Origin: Candidatus Bathyarchaeia archaeon
Lineage (GTDB): Bacteria; Patescibacteriota; Microgenomatia; PFEM01; JAFGMK01
DNA: 64,000 bases
Assembly: GCA_035529595.1 (NCBI GenBank)
Contig: DATKWK010000039.1
Location: 14,751-78,750 of the forward strand
Direction: 5' to 3'
Shown here piece by piece: positions 9,495 through 17,862 of this stretch. Under the pieces are notes generated by a model that saw nothing but the letters and a program-made list of their open reading frames with translations, was not told the DNA's origin and did no database searches. The position numbers and the translations under genes are program-made. Each line of letters starts with the position of its first letter. Within the stretch, counting starts at the first letter, position 1.

Positions 9495-9827
9495 TTACGG
9501 GGTGAATAACTTAAATCTTTTAGTTATTTTATAGACTTGAACGAAGCCTAGGATGAGAAAAATTGACCCGATGAGGCCGTTAGCGGCAAAGGCGTATTTT
9601 ATTAAACTTTCGTCGTAGAAATTTGGATAAAACTGCTCCAGTACTAAGAGGGCGGTGACAAGAGAAGTATTGATTATCGTTCCCGCGGCAATTTTTTTTA
9701 AACCCCTTCCTAAACTTCCTCCCATCTCTTTTGCCGAAAGGACGGCGGTGACAGTAACTATGACTGTAGGGATAATGAAAATAAGGTACGAAACTTTAAA
9801 TGCTTCAGGGTAAAGAATCGGGTACAT
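9495..9827 (-). CDS. small integral membrane protein (3 TM)
   Basis: Hydrophobic segments only. Confidence 0.35.
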   Translation of the reverse strand: MYPILYPEAFKVSYLIFIIPTVIVTVTAVLSAKEMGGSLGRGLKKIAAGTIINTSLVTALLVLEQFYPNFYDESLIKYAFAANGLIGSIFLILGFVQVYKITKRFKLFTP

Positions 9828-9916
9828 ATTAGCTTATTATGATTGCTAAAGCCAGTTATTGTCAATGATAACTGATAGATCCGGGGTTTGACGATCAATT
9901 CAAATAATCTTAAGGG

Positions 9917-10681
9917 CTAAGGACAATCTTCCGGACAATTGCAATGACTTTCAAATTGTGTATCGCAGGTACCGTTACCACAAGCAAGACAAATACCGAT
10001 ATAATCATCGGTCGGCTTGAGTTGACAATTTTTGTCGAAAAAATCTTTTTGAGTAACGTGTTTCAGTCCCTGACAACATTGAATATCTAAGTTATCACCT
10101 GAGTCGGTAGTAGTGGGAACTTCGCCGTGTTCCTTACATTTAAGATCGCGGCAGTCTTTGGGGCAAATACAACCGTTTTCACCTTTACTGCAAATTCCAT
10201 CACCGCAATTGATACAAACCAGTTGATGTCCTCCTGCCTGTGGTTGGTCCTGATTATCAAACAGAGGCTTACTGATTGACTGACAGGAATTATTCTCCAA
10301 TTTCAGATAGTTCCACTCCGGTTTTAAATTAGAACAACAGCTGCGGCCATCATTGGGAAACAATGTCTCACCTTCAGTAATACAGCCCAAAGGAGCCAGG
10401 GCGGGGGAGATAGCAGAAGTAACTTCTTCAGTTCTGGTTTGCGGCGATGTCTGACCCTGATGCTTAAGTTGGTAATTTTGGTAGCCGAGAAAAGCGATCA
10501 CTACAAACTGGAGAAAAATGATTAGCGTTGCCCCTAAAACGATTTCTTTATTAGTTCGGCGTGGATTTGAAGGAACAATATTTTGGTGGAAAACTGTCCC
10601 CTCTGGTGGTCTGTCCGGCGGTTGAAGACTGTCTTTATTCTGCATTGTCTTGAGTATACCAAGCAAGGTTAATTGAGTCAA
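9917..10681 (-). CDS. membrane-anchored, Cys-rich extracellular protein
   Basis: One TM segment (~aa 47-66). The C-terminal half carries 24 Cys, including the repeated module 'C(I/L)xCG(D/N)GxC...CxCPxDC'. Confidence 0.4.
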   Translation of the reverse strand: MTQLTLLGILKTMQNKDSLQPPDRPPEGTVFHQNIVPSNPRRTNKEIVLGATLIIFLQFVVIAFLGYQNYQLKHQGQTSPQTRTEEVTSAISPALAPLGCITEGETLFPNDGRSCCSNLKPEWNYLKLENNSCQSISKPLFDNQDQPQAGGHQLVCINCGDGICSKGENGCICPKDCRDLKCKEHGEVPTTTDSGDNLDIQCCQGLKHVTQKDFFDKNCQLKPTDDYIGICLACGNGTCDTQFESHCNCPEDCP

Positions 10682-10779
10682 TGCTGCGATTTTTTAAAGA
10701 GGGCCGTTTAGTATTTTGTCTTACGGGTTCAGATCATTGTCCAGTCGGGATGGATGTAAAAATTAAATAGCAACTAACC

Positions 10780-11280
10780 TTGAGATATGATAGATTAATA
10801 TTAATGAGAGATTCATTAAATGCGGGTTTCAGTTTTGGTTTAACCTCAGGAATTATCACTACCCTGGGATTAATGGTGGGTCTTTATGCCGGTACGAACT
10901 CAAAAGTAGCCGTTATCGGGGGAGTTTTAACGATTGCAATTGCTGATGCTTTTTCTGATTCGTTAGGGATCCATATCTCGCAGGAATCGCAAGGAAAAAG
11001 ATCTAAGGCTCAGGTTTGGGAATCGACCTTAGCGACTTTTTTTTCCAAACTATTTTTTGCTTCGACTTTTGTAGCGCCGGTATTGCTTTTTCAACTTAAG
11101 CAGGCAGTCTCGGTCAGTATAATTTGGGGCATGCTTCTATTGGCTATCTTAAGCTATTCAATTGCCAGGAAGAGAGAAGAGAAAAGCTCGAGGGTAATTT
11201 TTGAACATCTGATAATTGCTTGGTTAGTAATAATCATAACCCGCTTCGTCGGTAGTTGGATTGCCTCAATTTTCAGCTGA
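10780..11280 (+). CDS. VIT1/CCC1-like (DUF125) membrane protein
   Basis: 'GFSFGLTSGIITTLGLMVGLYAG' resembles the VIT-family N-terminal motif; multiple TM segments. Confidence 0.35.
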   Translation: MRYDRLILMRDSLNAGFSFGLTSGIITTLGLMVGLYAGTNSKVAVIGGVLTIAIADAFSDSLGIHISQESQGKRSKAQVWESTLATFFSKLFFASTFVAPVLLFQLKQAVSVSIIWGMLLLAILSYSIARKREEKSSRVIFEHLIIAWLVIIITRFVGSWIASIFS

Positions 11281-11284
11281 CTTC

Positions 11285-11746
11285 TTATTCGACTTTCAAA
11301 ATTTGGCCGTAAAAAACGGTTGTGGTCCCGCCATTTTTTATTTGATAAGAATATTTCTCCTTTTCTTTTTTTCCTTCGATTGCCTTGCCGAGAGGGGATT
11401 GGGAAGTTATTAGTTGGATGTTGGCTAAAGTTATGGCTTGGCTGACGAAGTAAAAACTTACGCTTTCGCCGTTTTGATATTTAATACTGACAAATGAATC
11501 TTGTCTGATTTCCTTTGATTCGGAGTCAGAGCTTTCCGTGATCTCTTCTTTCAGACTGCGAAGTTTGGTTAGGCGTTCCCGAGTAAGCCGGGCTGCATCT
11601 TCAAAATAGAGCCGGTCACCCTGTTGGGACCGGGAGGCGCGGGAGAAAATTCTGGCTGTCTGTCCGGTTTTTTCAGCCATCCTTTCCGCCTTTTTTATTT
11701 CCAAATCAACGATTTTCAATAATTGTTTTTTTCTGGCTTGGTTCAT
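11285..11746 (-). CDS. GreA/GreB-family transcription elongation factor
   Basis: N-terminal coiled-coil segment plus C-terminal FKBP-like motif 'ITSQSPLGKAIEGKK'. Confidence 0.6.
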   Translation of the reverse strand: MNQARKKQLLKIVDLEIKKAERMAEKTGQTARIFSRASRSQQGDRLYFEDAARLTRERLTKLRSLKEEITESSDSESKEIRQDSFVSIKYQNGESVSFYFVSQAITLANIQLITSQSPLGKAIEGKKEKEKYSYQIKNGGTTTVFYGQILKVE

Positions 11747-11794
11747 GGGTTAAAAACTTATTTAGTGATCAAACTATGCAAAATAGGAGGTTTT

Positions 11795-12163
11795 TCAGTT
11801 AGTAGCTTCTTGCTGATTTTTCTCTATTGCCGCCACTAGTTGGCTCGGGGTGTAATTTACTTTAAGAAAATAGCCATTTGCTCCGATGAATTTGACTTTT
11901 TGAAGTATTTCGTCATCACCGACGTTAGTGAGAATGTAAACCGGCGTATCGTTTGAGTTCTTAATTGTCTTTAAGACATCCATTCCTGGTGTGCCGGGAA
12001 GCATTAAATCAAGGATGATAAAGTCAAAGCTGCCCTGCTTAAATCTTTCCAGAGCGCTATCGCCGTCTTCCACCGCAATGACTTCGTAACCCTTTTTTTC
12101 AAAAGCTATTTTGTAAAGTCCGCGAACATAAAAATCGTCTTCGACAAGAAGAATTTTTTTCAT
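11795..12163 (-). CDS. single-domain response regulator (CheY-like receiver)
   Basis: 'LLVEDD', phospho-acceptor region 'FDFIILDLMLPG' and the conserved Lys region. Confidence 0.8.
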   Translation of the reverse strand: MKKILLVEDDFYVRGLYKIAFEKKGYEVIAVEDGDSALERFKQGSFDFIILDLMLPGTPGMDVLKTIKNSNDTPVYILTNVGDDEILQKVKFIGANGYFLKVNYTPSQLVAAIEKNQQEATN

Positions 12164-12165
12164 CG

Positions 12166-12296
12166 AATTCCTTTAGTTTCATTATATTCCTACTATAAAG
12201 AGAGTCAAGGCACAGGTTTCTTATTGAGGAGAGGAAGCATAACTGCTATTATTCACTTATTCCTGCTATATAAGAGCAAGTTAAGGACGAGAGGCG
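12166..12296. promoter_or_regulatory. divergent intergenic region with two ~28-nt imperfect direct repeats
   Basis: 'tattcctactataaagagagtcaaggcac' (~12190) and 'tattcctgctatataagagcaagttaaggac' (~12260) lie between the receiver gene (-) and the cupin gene (+). Confidence 0.3.
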
Positions 12297-12638
12297 ATGA
12301 AACTTGTCAGAAAAACGCAAACCAAAAGGCATAAAAATAGCCAAGTTTGTTTGGCGATCGAATACCCGCTTGGCGACAAGAAGATAAACGGAGCAGTAAT
12401 TAAACTTAAAGGTCGTTATCCAGATCATGGCCGGGTAGTTAACTTGAGATGTAAAGAGTTGGCTTTTATTATCCGGGGAAACGGAAACGTTGTTGTTGAG
12501 GGTCAGAAATTGGAATTAAATCCAGGAGATTTAGTTTTAATCGAACCGGGGGAGAAATATTACTGGCAGGGCAATTTAACGATGTTTGTGCCTAGTGCGC
12601 CTGCTTGGTATCCTGAGCAGCACCGAGAGACTGACTAA
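12297..12638 (+). CDS. cupin-domain protein
   Basis: 'GNGNVVVEGQKLELNPGDLVLIEPGEKYYWQG' matches the cupin beta-barrel motifs. Confidence 0.5.
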   Translation: MKLVRKTQTKRHKNSQVCLAIEYPLGDKKINGAVIKLKGRYPDHGRVVNLRCKELAFIIRGNGNVVVEGQKLELNPGDLVLIEPGEKYYWQGNLTMFVPSAPAWYPEQHRETD

Positions 12639-12706
12639 ACAAACTGGTTGACTACCGGTGTTAGAATGAAACTAAGCAAAAAAGTATCAACAATAGGAGG
12701 TGTTTT

Positions 12707-12904
12707 ATGGGTCGGATATCGCCTACTAACAGAAAAGTAGAAATCGCCAAAAAGCGTGGAAGGCAAATAAAATTGTCTAAATTGCGCCAAAAACTTTCTC
12801 AAGCTGACTCTTCGCTGAAAAGGGAAAAGATTTTGGAGAAAATTAAACGGGTTGCCCCCTGGTTAACAGAAAAAGAAATTTTGGCTTCTCTTAAAGATAA
12901 ATAA
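12707..12904 (+). CDS. small basic hypothetical protein
   Basis: RBS 'aataggaggtg'; Lys/Arg-rich 65 aa. Confidence 0.3.
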   Translation: MGRISPTNRKVEIAKKRGRQIKLSKLRQKLSQADSSLKREKILEKIKRVAPWLTEKEILASLKDK

Positions 12905-12927
12905 GAATTGTCATCGGAGGCAAATCG

Positions 12928-14421
12928 TTGGCTAAAGGAAAGTTAATCCAGTTTGCTTTTTTAATTTTATGCTTTGTTTTTTTGTTTCGGGTAGTACTTG
13001 ATCCTGACCTGGGTTGGCATCTGGGAGTAGGCAAGTACATTTGGGAAAATAAAACTGTTCCTCAAAAAGATCTCTTTTCTTTTTCGCTGCCTGATTATCC
13101 GTATATCTATCATTCTTGGCTGGCCGAAGTTTTTCTGTATGCCGCTTATCGCAATTTCGGTTTGTGGGGAGTAACTTTCTTTTACTGTTTTTTTGCGACC
13201 TTTTCTATATGGCTGATTGTCAAAACCTGTCGTTTAAGAGTAGATATGCATGGTATATATTTGTTTTTTTTATTATTGATTCCTTTGATTCAGTCAGTAG
13301 TTTTTTTACGGCTCCAGGTATTCAGCTTTCTCGGCCTCAGTTTTATTTATTATATCTTCCGGCGTTATCTTCAAAGTGAAACAAAACTGGTTTGGTTGCT
13401 CCCGATAATTTTTCTGCTTTGGGCAAATCTTCATGGTGGTTTTTTTTTGGGACTACTTTTTTTTCTGAGCCTTTTATTGATTGAGGCGTTAGTCTTTTTA
13501 TTTAAGGAAGTCGTGCCTTTCAAAGTCTTTGGAAACCTTGGGTCAGCTTTGCCTTTAAAAAAGGGGCTGATGCTGCTGCTGTCATTTCTGGCTTCAATAA
13601 TTGCTGTTTTATTGAATCCTTACCGGGCGAAAATTTACGAACAAGCGTTCTTAATGGGAACTAATCAATTTGCGACCAAATTCAATCTCGACTGGTCACC
13701 TCTTGTTAGAAGCGGCGATTTGTCTTGGCTTTCAGCAATAATACTTTTTGCCTTAATCGTCGGTTTGCTTATATTTAAAAGTAAAGTGGAACTAAGAGAA
13801 AAACTTCTGGTTTTGTTATTTTTTTCTTTGGCTTTGAAACTGAATCGATTCTCCTTGGCTTTGTTACCGCCGCTTTTGGTGGCCTCAGTCGTTCTGGGAA
13901 ATGAATTAGCGCAAAAGTTCAAACCTCCTTGGCAGGAGCTGCGTCTCTTTCTTCAGCTGATGATTTGTATAGTCTTTTTGGTCTATGTTGGTACTGCTTG
14001 CGACTTTTTTTTGAGAATGAAAAGAGCCTATGCCGATGAATCGATATTTGCTCAAGAAATTGTACCTCCCTATACTTATCCTTGGAAGGCAGTTGAATAC
14101 ATCAGACAGAATCCGGTACCGGAAAGACTCTTAAATGATTATAATTGGGGTGGTTATTTGATTTGGAAATTGCCGGAGCGAAAATTTTTTATCGATGGCC
14201 GAATGGATAATTTTTTCGTTGATGGGGAACCTTTTGCTTCGTATCAACAGGAAATAGTCAGCTTGGGTCCTAAATGGGAAGAATATTTGAATCGGTACCA
14301 GATTGAAGCGGTTTTGATTTCTTCTCAGTGGCCGCTTGCCCAGGCGTTACGGTTATTACCGCAATGGAAATTGCTTTATGAAGACGAGACCAGCGTCCTG
14401 TTTACAAGAGTCCAAATTTAA
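12928..14421 (+). CDS. polytopic integral membrane protein (possible GT-C-fold glycosyltransferase or O-antigen-ligase-like)
   Basis: More than 10 predicted TM segments with a soluble C-terminal domain. No catalytic motif was recognised. Confidence 0.45.
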   Translation: MAKGKLIQFAFLILCFVFLFRVVLDPDLGWHLGVGKYIWENKTVPQKDLFSFSLPDYPYIYHSWLAEVFLYAAYRNFGLWGVTFFYCFFATFSIWLIVKTCRLRVDMHGIYLFFLLLIPLIQSVVFLRLQVFSFLGLSFIYYIFRRYLQSETKLVWLLPIIFLLWANLHGGFFLGLLFFLSLLLIEALVFLFKEVVPFKVFGNLGSALPLKKGLMLLLSFLASIIAVLLNPYRAKIYEQAFLMGTNQFATKFNLDWSPLVRSGDLSWLSAIILFALIVGLLIFKSKVELREKLLVLLFFSLALKLNRFSLALLPPLLVASVVLGNELAQKFKPPWQELRLFLQLMICIVFLVYVGTACDFFLRMKRAYADESIFAQEIVPPYTYPWKAVEYIRQNPVPERLLNDYNWGGYLIWKLPERKFFIDGRMDNFFVDGEPFASYQQEIVSLGPKWEEYLNRYQIEAVLISSQWPLAQALRLLPQWKLLYEDETSVLFTRVQI

Positions 14422-14489
14422 ATCTTTCTTGACCTTCTGGAATGCCGCATGATAAAATTCTACCGAATTAGTAATAGTTTAAAAAAGCG

Positions 14490-14894
14490 ATGTTTGGCTT
14501 GACGAAAAAGACAGAATATGGTTTACAGCTGATGGTTCACTTAGCTAAAAACTTTGGCCATGCACCGATTCCTTTAAAGCAAGTTGCCAAGGAAAAAAAA
14601 CTTCCCTATCGGTTTTTGTCGCAAGTAGCTTCGACTTTAAAAAAAGCCGGTTTAATAGAGACAAAGGAAGGAATCAAAGGCGGTTGCTTTTTGGCCAAAT
14701 CCCCGGAAAAGGTTACTGTGGCTGAAATCCTGGAAGTATTAGAGGGGCCACTTGAATTGGTGGAATGTCTTAAGGCAGAAGCCAGTTGTCCTTGGGCGTC
14801 TGGCTGTGGACAAAAACAGATGTTTGAAAAAATGAAAGGAAGCCTTAAAAAAATTATTAAAGCCCACACCTTAGAAGACTTAATTAAAAAATGA
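14490..14894 (+). CDS. iscR: Rrf2-family transcriptional regulator (IscR-like)
   Basis: wHTH 'MFGLTKKTEYGLQLMVHLA' and three Cys ('CLKAEASCPWASGC'). It sits immediately upstream of iscS-iscU. Confidence 0.8.
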   Translation: MFGLTKKTEYGLQLMVHLAKNFGHAPIPLKQVAKEKKLPYRFLSQVASTLKKAGLIETKEGIKGGCFLAKSPEKVTVAEILEVLEGPLELVECLKAEASCPWASGCGQKQMFEKMKGSLKKIIKAHTLEDLIKK

Positions 14895-16114
14895 AAGGAA
14901 GAAAGTTGTCCGTAGCGTCAGCCTATCTTGATAACGCGGCCACGACTTCGATTGATTCGGAAGTATTGAGGGCAATGTTGCCTTACTTTAAAGAAAAATT
15001 CGGTAACCCTTCCTCGGTTCACTCTTGGGGCCAGGCGGCTCGACAGTCTGTTGATGAGTCACGGCAAACGATAGCCAACTTTCTAGGCGCTGGGGCAAGT
15101 GAAATAATATTTACCGGCTGTTCGACCGAATCTATCAGTCTTGCTCATAAAGGACTTGTTGAAGCAGTTAGTAGCCAACAAAATTTTAAAAGCAAGATTC
15201 CTCATATAATTACTTGCCGGATTGAACATAAAGCAGTTTTGGAAACTTGTCGACATCTGGAAAAAAGGAATTTGGCAGAAGTCACTTACTTACCGGTTGA
15301 CAGATTTGGTCTGGTCGCTATTGCTGATCTTGAAAAGGCGGTTAAAGCGAATACTGTTCTTGTTTCCATTATGTATGTCAATAATGAAGTTGGTACCGTT
15401 GAGCCAATCGGAGAGATCGGCAAATTAATAAAAAAATTAAACGACTTACGGATGGCACATGACGAACCAAAAATATATTTTCACACTGATGCAACCCAAG
15501 CGATTCAGTATTTAGACTGCCGTGTTGATAAGCTTAGAGTTGATTTTCTTTCCCTGACCGGACACAAGATTCATGCGCCGAAAGGAATCGGGGCGCTTTA
15601 TATCAGAGAAAAAACGCCGCTTGTCTGCCAACAAGACGGCGGTGGTCAGGAGGGCGGTCTAAGAGGCGGTACGGAAAATGTGGCTTTCATCGTTGGATTA
15701 GCAAAAGCAATTGATCTAGTTACGAGGAATAAAGATAAGAATATTAAGCGCATAAAGGATTTGCAGCAAAAATTAATTAGAGGAGTTCTCAAAATTCCGG
15801 GAGTTAATCTGACTGGACACCCGGAAAAAAGGACTCCTCATATCGCTTCTTTTACTATCAAAGGAGTTGAAGGTGAAGCAGTTCTTTTACTTTTAGACAG
15901 CGAGGGAATAGCCGCCTCGTCAGGAAGTGCTTGCACTTCAGGTAGTCTGAAGCCGAGCCATGTTTTACTGGCAATGGGTATTCCTCCGGAAGTCGCCCAT
16001 GGCTCTTTAAGGCTTTCTTTGTGTAAAGAAACGACAGATAGAGAAGTTAACTATGCTTTATCAATTTTACCTAAAGTTATTGCCCGGCTCCGGAAAATGG
16101 CGCCGCGTTTTTGA
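14891..16114 (+). CDS. iscS: cysteine desulfurase
   Basis: PLP-Lys motif 'SLTGHKIHAPKG' and active-site Cys loop 'SSGSACTSG'. Start overlaps the iscR stop. Confidence 0.9.
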   Translation: MKGRKLSVASAYLDNAATTSIDSEVLRAMLPYFKEKFGNPSSVHSWGQAARQSVDESRQTIANFLGAGASEIIFTGCSTESISLAHKGLVEAVSSQQNFKSKIPHIITCRIEHKAVLETCRHLEKRNLAEVTYLPVDRFGLVAIADLEKAVKANTVLVSIMYVNNEVGTVEPIGEIGKLIKKLNDLRMAHDEPKIYFHTDATQAIQYLDCRVDKLRVDFLSLTGHKIHAPKGIGALYIREKTPLVCQQDGGGQEGGLRGGTENVAFIVGLAKAIDLVTRNKDKNIKRIKDLQQKLIRGVLKIPGVNLTGHPEKRTPHIASFTIKGVEGEAVLLLLDSEGIAASSGSACTSGSLKPSHVLLAMGIPPEVAHGSLRLSLCKETTDREVNYALSILPKVIARLRKMAPRF

Positions 16115-16521
16115 TAATGACCAGTCAATTCAGCCCGCTTTACTCAAAAAAAGTAATTGATTTAATTAAAAATCCCCGGAATATGGGTGAAATAAAAAAT
16201 CCTGATGGGGTAGCGACAGTGGGGAATCGGGTTTGCGGTGACATCATGCGGCTTTATATCAGAATAAGGAACAAAGGCAGCCGGGAATATATCAAGGATA
16301 TTAAATTTCAGACTTTGGGTTGTGCGGCGGCAATTGCTTCTTCAAGTATCTTAACCGAAATAGCTAAAGGTAAATCCTTAAAAACTGCCCAGAAAATTAC
16401 CAATCAAGAAGTGGTGAGGAAATTAGGGGGTTTACCAGAAGCTAAACTTCATTGTTCGGTACTGGCAGTTGAAGCTCTTCAAAAGGCGATTGATTACTAT
16501 AAGAAAAATGAGAAGAAGTAA
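16111..16521 (+). CDS. iscU: Fe-S cluster assembly scaffold
   Basis: Three conserved Cys ('RVCGD', 'LGCAAAI', 'LHCS') in a NifU N-terminal-like layout. Confidence 0.9.
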   Translation: MIMTSQFSPLYSKKVIDLIKNPRNMGEIKNPDGVATVGNRVCGDIMRLYIRIRNKGSREYIKDIKFQTLGCAAAIASSSILTEIAKGKSLKTAQKITNQEVVRKLGGLPEAKLHCSVLAVEALQKAIDYYKKNEKK

Positions 16522-16629
16522 CTCGGAGTGTTTCATTATCAACTTGACCAGCTAAGAACGCTTAAAACTTTTTCTAAATAATATGATGGTAAACAGACGG
16601 GTATTGTCCCAAGAGGGTATCAAATTTTA

Positions 16630-17169
16630 GTGCCGATTGTCATTTTTTTCAGGTTGTTTTTTGCTCCTTTCATTTTTATTTCCGTACTATGGGCGATAAC
16701 AATGTCTGTCTTTTTAGATTGGATGGATAGCGAGCTTTTTAAAAGGGCAGGCTATCCTTATAGCCGATACAATTTCTACGACAAACTGCTTGATTATTAT
16801 TGGTATATTTTTATAATTGCTTATGTTTTATTAAAAGCAGTTCCCTTAAAAGGACTTTTTCTGTACCTGTTTCTTTTGCGGTCTATTGGCCAAGGTCTCT
16901 ACTTTTTAACCAAAAAACATTTTTTCTTTTTTCTTTTTCCCAATATTTTTGAGCCTCTTTTTTGGATCTATGTCTTAACCTTCCTTTTCCCGTCTCTGGG
17001 GTTATTTTTTACTTACCCAAATATTATGTGGCTAATGCTGATTCTTTTATTGATCAAATTATTTAACGAATATATCATCCACATTGCTAGAGTCAGTGTT
17101 TATAATCTTGTTTTCTTCAGGAAGCCTACTCTTTGGGTTGAAGAGAAGAATAGCCAGAATAGTGATTAA
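16630..17169 (+). CDS. integral membrane hypothetical protein
   Basis: Phe/Leu-rich TM segments. Confidence 0.35.
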   Translation: MPIVIFFRLFFAPFIFISVLWAITMSVFLDWMDSELFKRAGYPYSRYNFYDKLLDYYWYIFIIAYVLLKAVPLKGLFLYLFLLRSIGQGLYFLTKKHFFFFLFPNIFEPLFWIYVLTFLFPSLGLFFTYPNIMWLMLILLLIKLFNEYIIHIARVSVYNLVFFRKPTLWVEEKNSQNSD

Positions 17170-17188
17170 TGAAAAGAGTTATTGCTCC

Positions 17189-17731
17189 TTATGTTTTAAT
17201 CTTTTGGGTCGCTATTTTTAGTCTTTGAGCCCAATTGATAACAGTTTCAATCAGCCAAAAACCGACCGGAATCAAGATCAGATTACCGACAAAGTTATTC
17301 CGATAAAAGGGGATCCCCATGATATAGCAATTAATCAAACCGGGGAGACTTCGAGTGTACATTCCCCATTCGTCTAAAGCCCAAACTCCGAAGTTGGTAA
17401 AGAGATAGAAAAAAACTGAGGTGAAGAGAGCCATTATGGTTTGTTTAAGAACAATCTTGTCCTTGCCTGATTTTTTAATCATTAGCCAATCAACCAGACC
17501 AATTATTCCATAAGCCAGCCAGACAAAAATAAAAATGTTGGTTGTCCCGATTGACTTATCAGTCAGAGCCATCGTCGCCAGGGGAACCAGAATCGCCCAG
17601 CCGTATCCAAGATAGGTAGCCGCCAAAAAGGTGGCCAGAGTAACCAATTCTACATTGGCAGCAACATGCCAAACCGTACGAAAAGCTGAAGCAATAAAGA
17701 TTAAGGCAACAGCAATTAAGAATTTTTTCAT
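17189..17731 (-). CDS. integral membrane hypothetical protein (5-6 TM)
   Basis: Hydrophobicity only. Confidence 0.35.
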   Translation of the reverse strand: MKKFLIAVALIFIASAFRTVWHVAANVELVTLATFLAATYLGYGWAILVPLATMALTDKSIGTTNIFIFVWLAYGIIGLVDWLMIKKSGKDKIVLKQTIMALFTSVFFYLFTNFGVWALDEWGMYTRSLPGLINCYIMGIPFYRNNFVGNLILIPVGFWLIETVINWAQRLKIATQKIKT

Positions 17732-17862
17732 TATTTAACTCTTAATTAATTTGAGAAACGATGCCGTTATTATATTTTTTTCTTGCTGTCAATTCAACAT
17801 GGTATTTGTTAGACTAATTTAGCCCTTTTTTTTATGATCTAAATTTCTTAGAATAACTCAGG

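Noticed and set aside
13116-13922. ORFs 13116..13379 (+) and 13665..13922 (-) inside the large membrane-protein gene
   Set aside because: They are alternative-frame or antisense ORFs within a continuous 497-codon ORF with consistent TM periodicity.
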